This document shows positions 15,971 to 26,372 of a stretch of 50,090 nucleotides of DNA, in pieces. The notes below the pieces were generated by a model that saw only the letters and a program-made list of their open reading frames with translations, was not told the origin of the DNA and did not search any database. Positions within the stretch are counted from its first letter, which is position 1; every line of letters starts with the position of its first letter. A program made the translations under genes and the position numbers. The DNA is from a virus (Duplodnaviria > Caudoviricetes), in IMG/VR virus record IMGVR_UViG_3300045000_000015, positions 1 to 50,090 of that record; one strand, written 5' to 3'.

Positions 15971-16819
15971 GTGCAGGTGCTCAGAAACAGCCCAGCGACT
16001 CTGACGGTTGTTTTTCAGGACGCTAGTGAAGCGCTCATGGACTGTGACGGCAGTGTCACTGTCACCGTGGTCAAGGCAGACGGTAGCACGCTGTCTTCCG
16101 GTACCGCGACAGGCCATCCGGGGGTTGGCACGTACACAGTGTCCCTGGCCGCGCAAGCAGAGCTAGACAGCCTGACCGTGACCGGTACGGGAACGGTAGC
16201 TGGTTCCCCGGTCGCTAGCTCCTCCACCGTGGACATCGTTGGCGGACACCTCTTCCCCCTGGCGAAGCTCCGCGCGATGGTCACGTCTACTGAGAAGTAC
16301 CCGGACGCGGACCTGTTGGACGCACGGCTTCAGGTAGAGACCGAATTTGAGGATATCTGTGGACGAGCGTTCGTCCCTCGGTTCAACCGAGAGACCTTCA
16401 CCGGCGATGGTGGCAACCTGTTGGTGCTGGGCAAGCCTGAGGCGCACGCAGTCAAAACCCTCACTGTGGACGGTGTAGACCGGCTCTCTTGGGTTACTGA
16501 CGGAACGCTCCGCCCGACCGATGACGCGTTCATGTTCACCTTGTTCCGGCAGACCTGGCCGCGGGCATCGCTGATCGTGATCGAGTACGAGTACGGGCTA
16601 ACTCAGGTCCCCCCGCGGGTGCGGCGTGCCGCTTTGAAGCGGGCGCGCGGGCAACTCCTGGGAGACACGGGGCGGATCGATGAGCGCGCCACCATGCAGG
16701 TTACGCAAGAGGGCACTTTTACGCTGGCAACAGCCGGTCGAGCTGGGTCGCTCGTAGGCGTGCCAGATATCGATGTGGTGCTCTATGACTCCATGCTCGC
16801 GCGTCGGGGTGCCCGATGA
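15971..16819 (+). CDS. Head-to-tail adaptor with extra N-terminal beta domain
   Basis: FEDICGRAF, IVIEYEYG...VPPRVRRAAL pattern; synteny. Confidence 0.75.
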   Translation: MQVLRNSPATLTVVFQDASEALMDCDGSVTVTVVKADGSTLSSGTATGHPGVGTYTVSLAAQAELDSLTVTGTGTVAGSPVASSSTVDIVGGHLFPLAKLRAMVTSTEKYPDADLLDARLQVETEFEDICGRAFVPRFNRETFTGDGGNLLVLGKPEAHAVKTLTVDGVDRLSWVTDGTLRPTDDAFMFTLFRQTWPRASLIVIEYEYGLTQVPPRVRRAALKRARGQLLGDTGRIDERATMQVTQEGTFTLATAGRAGSLVGVPDIDVVLYDSMLARRGAR

Positions 16820-17277
16820 CTATCGCACTTGAGGCCAAGGGCAGCATCTTGGAGACGCTGCGGAGGCTCCCGGCTTTTGCAGCATTGGTCAGCGATGACG
16901 CGCTCTGGGACAGCTATTACGCGGACCGCGATCCAAGGCTACTGCTTATCGTCGGCGAGATTACGTGGCCGCCCTCGATAGGGTCTCAGCCCCCTGAGTT
17001 GAACTACACAGGCACTGATGCCGGAGAAACCTTCGACATTCAGCTCATGATTGAGGCGCATGTGCCCGACGATGACCAGGCTACCGCTAACGGGCGCGTA
17101 GTGGGTCTGCTAAACGATGTCGTCGCCGCTTTCCCGGAGAGTAATTCGCTGGGCATTGAGGGTGTGACGATGCTCCGCGTAGTACCGGACAGCCTCGATG
17201 AGGGCGCAGACCCAAATACGGGCCATCGTGGCGCGAGGTTGACCGCACACATTCGCATCATCACCCCGTATGGCTGA
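16816..17277 (+). CDS. Putative tail terminator / neck protein
   Basis: Synteny and size; ATGA coupling. Confidence 0.55.
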   Translation: MTIALEAKGSILETLRRLPAFAALVSDDALWDSYYADRDPRLLLIVGEITWPPSIGSQPPELNYTGTDAGETFDIQLMIEAHVPDDDQATANGRVVGLLNDVVAAFPESNSLGIEGVTMLRVVPDSLDEGADPNTGHRGARLTAHIRIITPYG

Positions 17278-17557
17278 TGTAGACGTTTCTCTGGACGACG
17301 CAGCAATAGCGCAATTGGAAAACCTCCCTGAGGTTCGCGCAGAGACGCTGCGGTGGGGTGAACAAATTCGGGCCGGAGCTGAAGTACTTGCACCAGTGCG
17401 GACGGGACATCTCAAAAGTGAAATCCATGTGCGCTTGCAACCCCTAGGCGAGGTGCGGGTAACCACAGAGGCCACTCGTAAGCGCTTCAAATACGGAGTT
17501 CTCCAAGAGCGCAGACAACATTACTTGGCTCGCGCTGTCCCGAAGGGAATTGCATAG
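17270..17557 (+). CDS. HK97 gp10-like neck protein
   Basis: APVRTGHLKSEI motif. Confidence 0.75.
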   Translation: MADVDVSLDDAAIAQLENLPEVRAETLRWGEQIRAGAEVLAPVRTGHLKSEIHVRLQPLGEVRVTTEATRKRFKYGVLQERRQHYLARAVPKGIA

Positions 17558-17799
17558 TGGATCAAGAGCCCGGCTCCCTGGAATACGTTCGCGCCTTCAT
17601 GAAAGAGCAAGAAATCGAGTTCGGGACGTATGTCGCGGTCCAAGACATCCCGTATCACGGCGTTGTGGCTTATAGGGAAGGCGATCCGGTTCCGGTGTCC
17701 AACGTCAAGAAATACAAGTACGACGAAGACGGATACGTCCGGCTAGTCCATCCCCCAGAGCCCGATGACGGGCACGATCAAGAGAGTGAGGCCGAATAA
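17557..17799 (+). CDS. Hypothetical protein
   Basis: Stop/start-coupled within the structural operon. Confidence 0.65.
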   Translation: MDQEPGSLEYVRAFMKEQEIEFGTYVAVQDIPYHGVVAYREGDPVPVSNVKKYKYDEDGYVRLVHPPEPDDGHDQESEAE

Positions 17800-18383
17800 T
17801 GGCTAACACTACCGCGCGCCCGACACTGCTCCAGAAGCCGGGATACCTCTTTTCCGCTGACCTTGGCTCTGCCATGCCATCGTTCACTGTGGTTGGTTCC
17901 AAGTTCACGGACGCCTGGCCGATCGCCTGGCGCAACCTTGGTGCCACTGTTGACGGCACCACGCTCGCGTACAGCACGAAGATCGAGCCTACCAGTGTGG
18001 CTGAGTTCTTCGACCCAATCACGTACTCCACCACCGAGCGTTCAGGTTCCTTCGCCTTTGCTCTGGCGGACTGGACGCTGACCAACATGAAGCTTGCCTT
18101 TAACGGCGGCGCGCTCACTGTTGTCTCCGGCACCGGTGCTACCCAGCTGAACAAGCTGAGCTTGCCGGCCCCGGGCCAGGAAGTGCGGAAGATGATCGGT
18201 TGGGAGTCGGAAGACGCCACGGTGCGGGCCATTGCGTATCAGTGCATCCAAGGTGGAGAAATCAAGCTCGAATTCAAGAAGGCGCCTGCTACTGCGGCTA
18301 TCGCGTGTGTCTTCAACTTCGAAGTTGACCCCACTCTTCAGGTGCCCTTCGACATGTGGACCGCCGGAGTTACTCGCGCCTGA
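17799..18383 (+). CDS. Major tail protein
   Basis: WRNLGATVDG motif, size, position before the chaperone and tape measure genes. Confidence 0.8.
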   Translation: MANTTARPTLLQKPGYLFSADLGSAMPSFTVVGSKFTDAWPIAWRNLGATVDGTTLAYSTKIEPTSVAEFFDPITYSTTERSGSFAFALADWTLTNMKLAFNGGALTVVSGTGATQLNKLSLPAPGQEVRKMIGWESEDATVRAIAYQCIQGGEIKLEFKKAPATAAIACVFNFEVDPTLQVPFDMWTAGVTRA

Positions 18384-18455
18384 TAGGAACGACGTCCACT
18401 GGCCCCGGGACCCTAAACAAAGGGGCCATCACCACTACATAAAGGGGGATAGCAC

Positions 18456-18944
18456 ATGGCACATCTAGGTTCGTTCGGTGCTTCAAAGGCGCCCAAGGAA
18501 GAGGAGTGGTTCACGTTTATCGGTGAGGACTTCCGTCTCTCGCCTACCTTGACCAGCCTCAACCTGTTTGACTTCATGATCGCGGCAAGCGAGATCGATG
18601 AAACCGATCAGGTGAAGAGCAACATCGCAATCAAGGAATACCTCACGTCGGTGGTGCATCCGGAGGACCACGACAGATTCTGGGAGCACGCCAAGAAACA
18701 TCGTCAGGATGTCCCTGATCTGTTGCAGCTGGCTCGTGATCTGAGTGAGGTGCTGTCGGCGGTCCCTACTGGGAAGCCCTCCGTCTCATCGGCTGGGCAG
18801 AACAACACCCACTCCTCATCGAAGCACGCCTTGTCTCCGGAGGAGACGCGTGCTGTAGATGTGCTGACGGAGGGCGGGACAGTTCGGGCGGACCTTGGGC
18901 GAGCCGTGTTCGACGCAGTGGCCGCACGCGAACAAGCAGACTAA
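18456..18944 (+). CDS. Tail assembly chaperone (short form)
   Basis: Position between major tail and tape measure genes; VPTGKPSVSS tail. Confidence 0.8.
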   Translation: MAHLGSFGASKAPKEEEWFTFIGEDFRLSPTLTSLNLFDFMIAASEIDETDQVKSNIAIKEYLTSVVHPEDHDRFWEHAKKHRQDVPDLLQLARDLSEVLSAVPTGKPSVSSAGQNNTHSSSKHALSPEETRAVDVLTEGGTVRADLGRAVFDAVAAREQAD

Positions 18945-19186
18945 CAGTAGCTCAACTCTGCGCAGTTACTTACGCGATCCTCTGGGAGCGTGAAGAGCAG
19001 AAGATAAACATGGTGTACCAGGCGAGCCTGAATGCCATGGCCCAGGGCGCTGAGGATGTTGAACTTCCCGAGCTGGCCGAAGCACAGGCGGAATTTGATA
19101 CCTGGCTGGCAGAGCCGCCGGAAAAGCCCATTGTTGACAACTCTGACCACGGTGTGGTGATGCGCGTTCTATTCACGAGGGGGTAA
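18764..19186 (+). CDS. Tail assembly chaperone -1 frameshift extension
   Basis: -1 frame open 18749-19186 (PYWEALRLIGWAEQHPLLIEARL...LTVAQLCAVTYAILWERE...); candidate slip at CCCT 18764-18767. Confidence 0.6.
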   Translation, partial: PYWEALRLIGWAEQHPLLIEARLVSGGDACCRCADGGRDSSGGPWASRVRRSGRTRTSRLTVAQLCAVTYAILWEREEQKINMVYQASLNAMAQGAEDVELPELAEAQAEFDTWLAEPPEKPIVDNSDHGVVMRVLFTRG

Positions 19187-19191
19187 CTCAC

Positions 19192-22100
19192 ATGGCTATT
19201 ACTCTCGCAGACGCGTTTATCCGCATCAGGCCAAAGCTGGAAAGTGTCTTCAAGGCTGAGCTAGTTCAGGAGTTGCACGCATCAGGCGGAGCCGCGGGCA
19301 ATGTGGGAGGGGACGCTGCCGGCAAGGCGTTCGCCAGGGCGTTCCCTCCGTTCGTCAAGGCCGCTACTGCCAGCCTCAAGGCTGAGCTGGGCAGCGACGC
19401 AGAGAAGGCGGGTGCCGAAGCCGGTCGTCGAGCTGGCGACAGCCTGACGCGCCGTCTGAACGAGACGCTAGCGGCACTGCACATACCCGCTATCGACTTG
19501 AATGTGGATTCGGCCACAGCCGCTCGGAAGATCCACGAAGTTGAGCTTCAGCTTGATGAATTGTCCCGCAAGGGGGCAACGGCTCAGATTCGCTTGGACG
19601 CAACGCGTGCCACGGCGGACGCTGCACGCCTGAGCAAGACTCTGGGGTTCAATGTCGAAGCTAAAGTCGATCTTGACACCAACCGTGCTAGCTCCGAAAT
19701 CGCACGTCTCGGTGGCTCCACCAGCCGTTTGAAGGGGCTGTTCGGCGCGCTTCCGGGCTCCTGGCTCGCAATGGGCGCTGCGGCCGTCGTGGCCTCCCCG
19801 TTCATCCTCATGTTGGCCAGCTCCATTGGACTGGCAGCTGCCGCGTCAGCCAGTGTAATTCCAGCCGCTATCGGTGCCGGTACCGCGGTCTTGGCGCTCA
19901 AGGGCGCCGTCACGGACTCTCTAGCTGCATTCAAGCTGTACCAGCACGCTCAGTTGGGCTCCGCGGCTGCTACTGACAAATTCAACGCGGCCATGGCGAA
20001 GCTGTCGCCAGCTGGCCGCGCGTTCGTTACTGAGCTGATTAGTATCAACACTCAGGTTACCGGGTTCAAGCGTCGGCTGGAAACTGCCACGCTCCCCGGA
20101 TTCACCACGTTTCTCAAGGATGCACGGGGTGCGGGCAACCTTCTGGGCGACTCTATGGTCCGTCTGGGCAGCACGATCGGTTTGGCTGCACAGCGCGCCG
20201 GTGAGTTCGTCAAGAGTAAGCAGTTCTTGAACGACCTGAACCCTATTCTGCGAAACAACGAAAAAGCGTTCGCGTTCTTTGGGCAAGCTGGCCTAAACGC
20301 ATTCAAGGCCATCATGGACATCGGTGCTACGGCATCGCCGATGCTAGTTCAGTTGGCACGGTGGGTTACGCGGGTCACTGAGGGCTTCTCTGACTGGATT
20401 CATGTCAAGCAGACAACGGGCGAGTTGGCGGCGTTCTTTCAGAAGGCTGCTGCTGAAGCCGCAAAGTGGGGAAGCATCCTGTCGCACTTCGCCTCCGGGG
20501 TGCTTAACCTTCTGGTGTCCGCTAACGCTCCGGGCAGGGACCTGGCCTCAAGTCTAGAGCAAGTCGCCAAGAACTTTGACCAGTGGACAAAGGTCAACAC
20601 TGGCAAGGTTCAAGAGTTCCTTCAGAAGATCAAAGATTTCGACTGGGCGGCCTTGGGGAGGGCTATAGCAAATATAGCTGGGGCATTCGTTGACATCTCC
20701 AAGAATCTCGGAGGCGTCGCACTAAACCCGTTGATTGCGCTGCTTCAGCTAGTCGGGGAAAATAAAACGGCAACGTATCTGTTGGTGGATGCTTGGATTG
20801 CCTTTAAGCTGGCTACTGCCCTGGGTGTCGTTCTCCAAGGGATAACGACCGGGCTGTGGTTGCTCGGGACGGCTCTGGAAAGTGCCACTATCCAGCAATG
20901 GGCGCTGAACATCGCTATGGATGCGAACATCATCGGGATTATCGTTATCGCTGTCGCTGCACTAGCTACGGGTATCTACTTCCTAGCGACTAAGACTCAG
21001 TTCTTTGAGACCGTCTGGCATGGTCTACAAGTAGCTTTTACGGCAGTCAAGGACGCCCTAGTAGTCGCTTGGCATGCGGTTGTCGATGCCGCAGTTACGG
21101 CATGGGGTGCTATTGTTTCCGCCGTTCAAACTGCCTGGTCAGCTATCAAAGGCGTCTTCGATGCCGTGGTTAGCTTCGTCAGTGGAGTGTTCACGACTAC
21201 ATTTAACGCCTTCCGTACTGTGGTCGAGGTTGTGTGGACTGCGATTCAGACAGCGACCACCACCACATGGGGGATTGTCAAAGCCGTCTTCGGTCCTATC
21301 GTGGGCTTCCTGAGAGACGTCTTCGGGCCAGGCTTCGTCACGTTTGCGTCCATCGTCAAAGCTGTTTGGTCTGTTATCGCGATCACGATTCAGACCAACT
21401 GGGCAACCATCAAGGCAGTCTTCCATGTCATTGTAGGTTTCCTGAGTGGCTTGTTTACCGCGACGTGGCGTGCCTTGAAAGCAGTTATTGATACGGTGTG
21501 GTTGGGCATCCGTATAGCCGTAAACGCTGCGTGGGGATTCATCAAGGGTATCTTTGACGCAATCGTGGCGCATCTCAGGGGTCCGCTCACCACAGCGTGG
21601 CGTGCCTTCAAGTCGCTGATCGACACGGTATGGCTTGGTATCCGGATAGCTGTCAATGCCGCGTGGGGGTTCATCAAGAGCGTCTTCGATGCGACCATTG
21701 GGCATCTAAAGGGTCCGCTCACCGCGGCGTGGCGTGGTATCCGCACGGCAATTGAGGCTGTGTGGACCGGCATTAGGGTCGCCGCGACTAGCGGATGGAA
21801 CTTCCTCCGTGACAAGGTTTTTGCGCCTCTGGCAAGCATCATCAAAAACGGTGTGCCAGAGGCGTTTAGGGCTGGCGCAAAGGCGATCGGCGCAGCGTGG
21901 GCAACAATTAAAAAGCTGGCAGAAGCGCCCGTAGATTTCGTAGTAAAGACAGTCATCAATAACGGCATCATCGCGGGTGCTAACTCATTGCTGCGCGCGG
22001 TGGGTGCGAAGACGATTACCCCCGTTGCCTGGCCCCCACCAGGCTGGGCAAGGGGAGGCGTCCTGCCGGGCTTCACGCCAGGTCGGGACGTCCATAGGTT

Positions 22101-23229
22101 CACCTCCCCCACGGGAGGCGCCCTGGACCTGTCGGGCGGAGAGGCCATCATGCGCCCCGAGTTCACCCGCGGCGTAGGTTCAGCGGCAATCAACACATGG
22201 AACTGGATTGCTCGCACCAAGGGTGACTTCAGTGTTCATGACCTTCTGAACACCATCGGGGGGGACCCCGGTGGCGTGACACCTCGCGCCGTGAACAAGG
22301 CGCTGTCTGGCCGTAGCCGGCATGGCTATGCCCTGGGCGGCATCCTGCCAAGCCCAGGGGACCTCTGGGACTCCACCAAGAAACTGTTCAAGTTCGCTAG
22401 CGACCCGATTAAGGCAGTGGTTCAGACTCCGGTCAATGCTCTGCTGTCCAAGGTGCCAGGTACCGGAAGTATCCGGGATGCTGGGATCGGTGCCGTTCGA
22501 ACAGTCCTTAGTGGTGCCCTCACCTGGCTCAAAGACAAGATCAAGAACTTCTTTGACATAGGTGGAGGCGGAGCGTTCCCGGTCCCGGGCAACCTAAAGA
22601 CACAGGTCGCGCTTGCCAAGAAGTGGCTCCACAGTGCTGAAGGAACGCCATACGTCTATGGCGGCTTCAGCCCGGGAGGCTTCGACTGTTCGGCTGCTAT
22701 TAGCGCGGTCTACAACATCCTGCATGGCAAGGGTCCGTTCTCCGGCACGCGGTTCACTACTGCAAATGAGGCTAACTATATGTCTGTCCCTGGGGCATCC
22801 ATGTTCTTCGCCAAGTGGATAAACGGCGGGATAGACGTTGCCCACACCAAGGGTGTCATCGATGGCTTGAAGTTTGAGCAGACCCCCCCGTTCATGCGGG
22901 TTGGAAAACACGTCACGCCTGACAGTTACTTCGACCACACAGGACACCCTCCGGGCATGGCGCGCGGTGGGATTCTTGAGAAGACACGGCGATTTGACTC
23001 GCCTGGCTTACGGAACATGCGCGTCTTCGATCGTGGTGGCTCTCTCTACCCTGGGCCGAACCTGGTTACGAATGAGACAGGCTACCGCGAAGACCTTGTA
23101 CCGGTGGGTCAGGCAGGAATTAACTACTCACCAACATTCAATGTACCCGCTCCGGTAAATGTGACCGAGCTGTCGCGTGAAGCGACTAGGCGACTGGTGT
23201 TCGCACTGAAGGTGGGGGGAGGCATTTAG
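19192..23229 (+). CDS. Tape measure protein with C-terminal NlpC/P60-like peptidoglycan hydrolase domain
   Basis: 1345 aa Ala-rich helix with Trp/Phe periodicity and 40-aa repeats; PYVYGG..PGGFDCS...H motif. Confidence 0.93.
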   Translation: MAITLADAFIRIRPKLESVFKAELVQELHASGGAAGNVGGDAAGKAFARAFPPFVKAATASLKAELGSDAEKAGAEAGRRAGDSLTRRLNETLAALHIPAIDLNVDSATAARKIHEVELQLDELSRKGATAQIRLDATRATADAARLSKTLGFNVEAKVDLDTNRASSEIARLGGSTSRLKGLFGALPGSWLAMGAAAVVASPFILMLASSIGLAAAASASVIPAAIGAGTAVLALKGAVTDSLAAFKLYQHAQLGSAAATDKFNAAMAKLSPAGRAFVTELISINTQVTGFKRRLETATLPGFTTFLKDARGAGNLLGDSMVRLGSTIGLAAQRAGEFVKSKQFLNDLNPILRNNEKAFAFFGQAGLNAFKAIMDIGATASPMLVQLARWVTRVTEGFSDWIHVKQTTGELAAFFQKAAAEAAKWGSILSHFASGVLNLLVSANAPGRDLASSLEQVAKNFDQWTKVNTGKVQEFLQKIKDFDWAALGRAIANIAGAFVDISKNLGGVALNPLIALLQLVGENKTATYLLVDAWIAFKLATALGVVLQGITTGLWLLGTALESATIQQWALNIAMDANIIGIIVIAVAALATGIYFLATKTQFFETVWHGLQVAFTAVKDALVVAWHAVVDAAVTAWGAIVSAVQTAWSAIKGVFDAVVSFVSGVFTTTFNAFRTVVEVVWTAIQTATTTTWGIVKAVFGPIVGFLRDVFGPGFVTFASIVKAVWSVIAITIQTNWATIKAVFHVIVGFLSGLFTATWRALKAVIDTVWLGIRIAVNAAWGFIKGIFDAIVAHLRGPLTTAWRAFKSLIDTVWLGIRIAVNAAWGFIKSVFDATIGHLKGPLTAAWRGIRTAIEAVWTGIRVAATSGWNFLRDKVFAPLASIIKNGVPEAFRAGAKAIGAAWATIKKLAEAPVDFVVKTVINNGIIAGANSLLRAVGAKTITPVAWPPPGWARGGVLPGFTPGRDVHRFTSPTGGALDLSGGEAIMRPEFTRGVGSAAINTWNWIARTKGDFSVHDLLNTIGGDPGGVTPRAVNKALSGRSRHGYALGGILPSPGDLWDSTKKLFKFASDPIKAVVQTPVNALLSKVPGTGSIRDAGIGAVRTVLSGALTWLKDKIKNFFDIGGGGAFPVPGNLKTQVALAKKWLHSAEGTPYVYGGFSPGGFDCSAAISAVYNILHGKGPFSGTRFTTANEANYMSVPGASMFFAKWINGGIDVAHTKGVIDGLKFEQTPPFMRVGKHVTPDSYFDHTGHPPGMARGGILEKTRRFDSPGLRNMRVFDRGGSLYPGPNLVTNETGYREDLVPVGQAGINYSPTFNVPAPVNVTELSREATRRLVFALKVGGGI

Positions 23230-23232
23230 TCG

Positions 23233-24111
23233 ATGGCTAACCAAACCGCGTTTCAGGACAAGATTACGTGTGGCAGCTGGACGTTCAACGACAACAGCGC
23301 CCTCCCCCTGGACCTGAGGCGACTTGGGGTCAACATTCTGGACGGTTGGGACGACACACCAACGGCAGACGTCATTGTTACCTCTGGTGGAACGCGGGAT
23401 GGCGACATCGCTGCCCCGCGTTTCCCGGTGCGTGCACGTACGGTCCAGCTAGGTGGCTGGCTGTATACGCCTAGTCGGGCGTCATCTATTCGCGCCCGTA
23501 CGGCACTGGCTAGGGACGCATTCCCTCGCAATACGGTGTTGAGGTTGACTCGCTACGAGCCCGACGCAACCAAGTACCTGAACGTGCAGCGGACCTCGAT
23601 TGAGTGCCCGTGGCAAACCAACAGTGTGCCTACGGCGTTTCGTTTCCTGGTTTCGATGGTCGCGGTAGATCCGTTCAAGTACAGCTCTACAGTGGATCTA
23701 ACGGGGGTCGCTGGCGTTGTGGGTATCTCGTCCGGGGGCTTTACGTACCCACAGCACTTTCCGGCGACGTTGACTGGCGTCCAGGGTGATACGCAGCTCA
23801 TCTCGGTGGTCAATCAGGGCAGCGCCAGCGCATATCCCGTGGTAACGATCCACGGACCCCTGCCGATTGGCTGGCGATGGACCAACGTAACTACAGGTGG
23901 GTCTATTCAGTTCGGGATCACGGTGTCCGCTGGCGATGAGCTAGTTATCGATCACAAGCTACAGACAGCAGCGTTGAACGGCCAGGACATTAGTGCGTCA
24001 ATCGCGGGTGACTGGTGGCTACTTGCCCCAGGTCTCAACGTCCTGAAGTTGTTCGGCGAATATGACCCAAACGCGAACGTGTCTTTGTCTGCGCGGTCTA
24101 CGTGGGAATGA
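23233..24111 (+). CDS. Distal tail (Dit-like) protein
   Basis: Follows tape measure; DPFKYS, VVNQG..AYPVVTIHGP, LAPGLN motifs. Confidence 0.8.
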   Translation: MANQTAFQDKITCGSWTFNDNSALPLDLRRLGVNILDGWDDTPTADVIVTSGGTRDGDIAAPRFPVRARTVQLGGWLYTPSRASSIRARTALARDAFPRNTVLRLTRYEPDATKYLNVQRTSIECPWQTNSVPTAFRFLVSMVAVDPFKYSSTVDLTGVAGVVGISSGGFTYPQHFPATLTGVQGDTQLISVVNQGSASAYPVVTIHGPLPIGWRWTNVTTGGSIQFGITVSAGDELVIDHKLQTAALNGQDISASIAGDWWLLAPGLNVLKLFGEYDPNANVSLSARSTWE

Positions 24112-24123
24112 GGGAGTGAACTT

Positions 24124-25218
24124 ATGGCTTTGCAAGCAATCCCACTCGCAGTTGCGCAGAACCCCGACACGTCCTTGGTTCAGCACCCCGTTGAGCTTTA
24201 CCGGAATTTCACGGAGCATGTATTTACCCGACCTGGTGTGACGCGCGTCGGTGGCTTCAACGTGGCATCTGTTCCCGCAGCGCTTCAGGTGACAGTGGCC
24301 GCCGGTGGTGCCATGGTGGACGGTCCTGAGGCGACGCTTCAGGGCAGTTACTTCGCATGGTCGCAAGCATCAGAGACGCTGTCGTGGCCAGCTGCCCCGG
24401 GCTCGACGTCCCGCATTGACTCGCTCATCCTCCGTGTGGCTGACCCGCAGTACGGAACGATCCCCGGTGCAGCCGGAGCTTCCTGGGACATCGTCCAGGG
24501 CGTGGTGTCGGGTTCCCCTGCCGCCCGGCCTGACTCGTACTTTCAATCCGGTGGTGGCGCGTATGTGCCCGGTGGGTGGCTACGCGTCGCCGACGTGCTA
24601 ATCAGCGCGGGCTACACACAGTTCACCGCGCCCGACATCACGTGGAAGGCGCCCTACGTAGCAAACCTTGGCCACACGCCTGTAGCTAACTATGCCTCGT
24701 TGCCCGTGACCGCGTACGAGGGTGAGCGCGCGTACACATTGGACAACAAGTTCTGGTACATCTACCAGGGCGCGGCATGGCATCTCTGGCAACCTGTCCG
24801 GCGCAACCTGGCCGCCAACATGACCAGCACTGTTACCGCGCTGGCCAACGTGTCGGGGTTTTCCTTTCCGTACCTGGCCAACACGCGGTATTCGATCCGT
24901 GGCGCTGTGATGATGTTTACCAACTCAACCGCGGCTAGTGCATGGAAGTGGACATATTCGGGAACTGCCGCGGCTGACACATACTGGGGTCTCTATGGCA
25001 TGAAAGCTATAGACACATTCAACGGCCGCGCCTCTGCGTTCACAGGCACGATAGCACCTCCCGGCGCCAACACCGACCTAGCTATTTATAATCTGCACGG
25101 ATCATTTCAGAGCGACACTGCGGGTACGCTGCAACTTCAGTTCGCACAGGGGCTTGGTCCCAGTGGAACTATCACCATGGAAAAGGGCAGCCACGTCGAA
25201 TTCATGGAACAGTACTAA
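24124..25218 (+). CDS. Minor tail protein
   Basis: RIDSLILRVADP pattern; synteny. Confidence 0.75.
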   Translation: MALQAIPLAVAQNPDTSLVQHPVELYRNFTEHVFTRPGVTRVGGFNVASVPAALQVTVAAGGAMVDGPEATLQGSYFAWSQASETLSWPAAPGSTSRIDSLILRVADPQYGTIPGAAGASWDIVQGVVSGSPAARPDSYFQSGGGAYVPGGWLRVADVLISAGYTQFTAPDITWKAPYVANLGHTPVANYASLPVTAYEGERAYTLDNKFWYIYQGAAWHLWQPVRRNLAANMTSTVTALANVSGFSFPYLANTRYSIRGAVMMFTNSTAASAWKWTYSGTAAADTYWGLYGMKAIDTFNGRASAFTGTIAPPGANTDLAIYNLHGSFQSDTAGTLQLQFAQGLGPSGTITMEKGSHVEFMEQY

Positions 25219-25221
25219 CAG

Positions 25222-26370
25222 GTGGCTACTACATCTTGGCGTTTCCGCGTCTGCGATGTCCTCAGTGGGGACCTGATCGGATACATCGACCTTCAGAATG
25301 TTGCAGTGACAGACTCGGTCAAGGGTGTTGGAACACTGACCGGCCAGGCGTCCATTAGGGAGTCACAGGGACCTGACCGGCTGCAAGAATTGACGCGACT
25401 AGACAGCACAGCCATTTACCTAGAGACACCTGATCAGCTCCTCTGGGGCGGCCCTGTTGTTTCAGCACCCTGGGACCCGAAGACGCAGACTCTCACGGTG
25501 ACGGCACAGTCGTGGAAAGGCTGGCTGTACACGCGTTACTTGGGACCTAACTCCGCGGTGAACCCAGTAGTTGACATCGTTTACGGCTACACGAACGTTG
25601 AGCAGTTGACCATTGCGCGCGACATTGTAGTCAAGGCTACCGCAACGTCTGGCACGCCGATCATCCATGTTGGCTCAGAAGTATCGGGGTATCCGCGTGA
25701 CCTGAACTTCCGAGGTACGGACTTCACCTACGCTGGTGACCAGATCGACAGCATGGCACAACGCAGCAGCGGATTTGAATGGACGATTGAGCCACGCAAC
25801 GCGGGCCAGCTCGGTCACGTCGATTTGTGGTTGGTGCTCTACTACCCACAGCGTGGCAGCAGCACACCCTCCATCGTGCTACGGAAGACGCCGGACGGAG
25901 GAAACATGTCCGTCGAAAGTGCGATTGAGAACACTGCCGCGGACCGTCGCTCGCGTGTGTGGGCTACGGGCACAGGGCAGCCGCCTTCTCAGGTAATGGC
26001 ATATGACGAAGATCCCGGTGTCGCAGATGGACTGTCCTTACTGCGCGAGACGATGACGAATTACTCCACTGTTTCTTCGACATCACGCCTGGCGGACCAC
26101 GCACAGCAAGAGCGCCAGAGCCGCGCGGTTCCCACCAACTTTATGTCGGTGCGCGTCTATTTTCCTTCGGGGGGAACAACGGGCATCGACCCTGAAAAGT
26201 ACGGAGTTGGCGATAGGGTGCGTCTGATCTACACCGACGCATTCTTTGACATGGACCTACCCGCGGCCAGGATTACAGAGCGGTCTCTGCACTTCTTTGG
26301 TAGTGCGGCAGACAGTGCCGTGCTCACGGTGGACCTGGCTGACGTACAACTCCCGGATGTAAGCGACTAG
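25222..26370 (+). CDS. Minor tail protein (baseplate hub-like)
   Basis: LLWGGPV, YGVGDRV motifs; synteny. Confidence 0.75.
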   Translation: MATTSWRFRVCDVLSGDLIGYIDLQNVAVTDSVKGVGTLTGQASIRESQGPDRLQELTRLDSTAIYLETPDQLLWGGPVVSAPWDPKTQTLTVTAQSWKGWLYTRYLGPNSAVNPVVDIVYGYTNVEQLTIARDIVVKATATSGTPIIHVGSEVSGYPRDLNFRGTDFTYAGDQIDSMAQRSSGFEWTIEPRNAGQLGHVDLWLVLYYPQRGSSTPSIVLRKTPDGGNMSVESAIENTAADRRSRVWATGTGQPPSQVMAYDEDPGVADGLSLLRETMTNYSTVSSTSRLADHAQQERQSRAVPTNFMSVRVYFPSGGTTGIDPEKYGVGDRVRLIYTDAFFDMDLPAARITERSLHFFGSAADSAVLTVDLADVQLPDVSD

Positions 26371-26372
26371 CA

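Noticed and set aside
18399-18428. CTGGCCCCGGGA matching the B3 arm of the array
   Set aside because: 12-nt GC-rich match inside a probable terminator hairpin after the major tail gene; lacks the full 3' arm and could be chance
21450-21810. 120-bp DNA repeats as a possible diversity-generating or regulatory element
   Set aside because: They are ordinary 40-aa tape measure repeats and no reverse transcriptase is present
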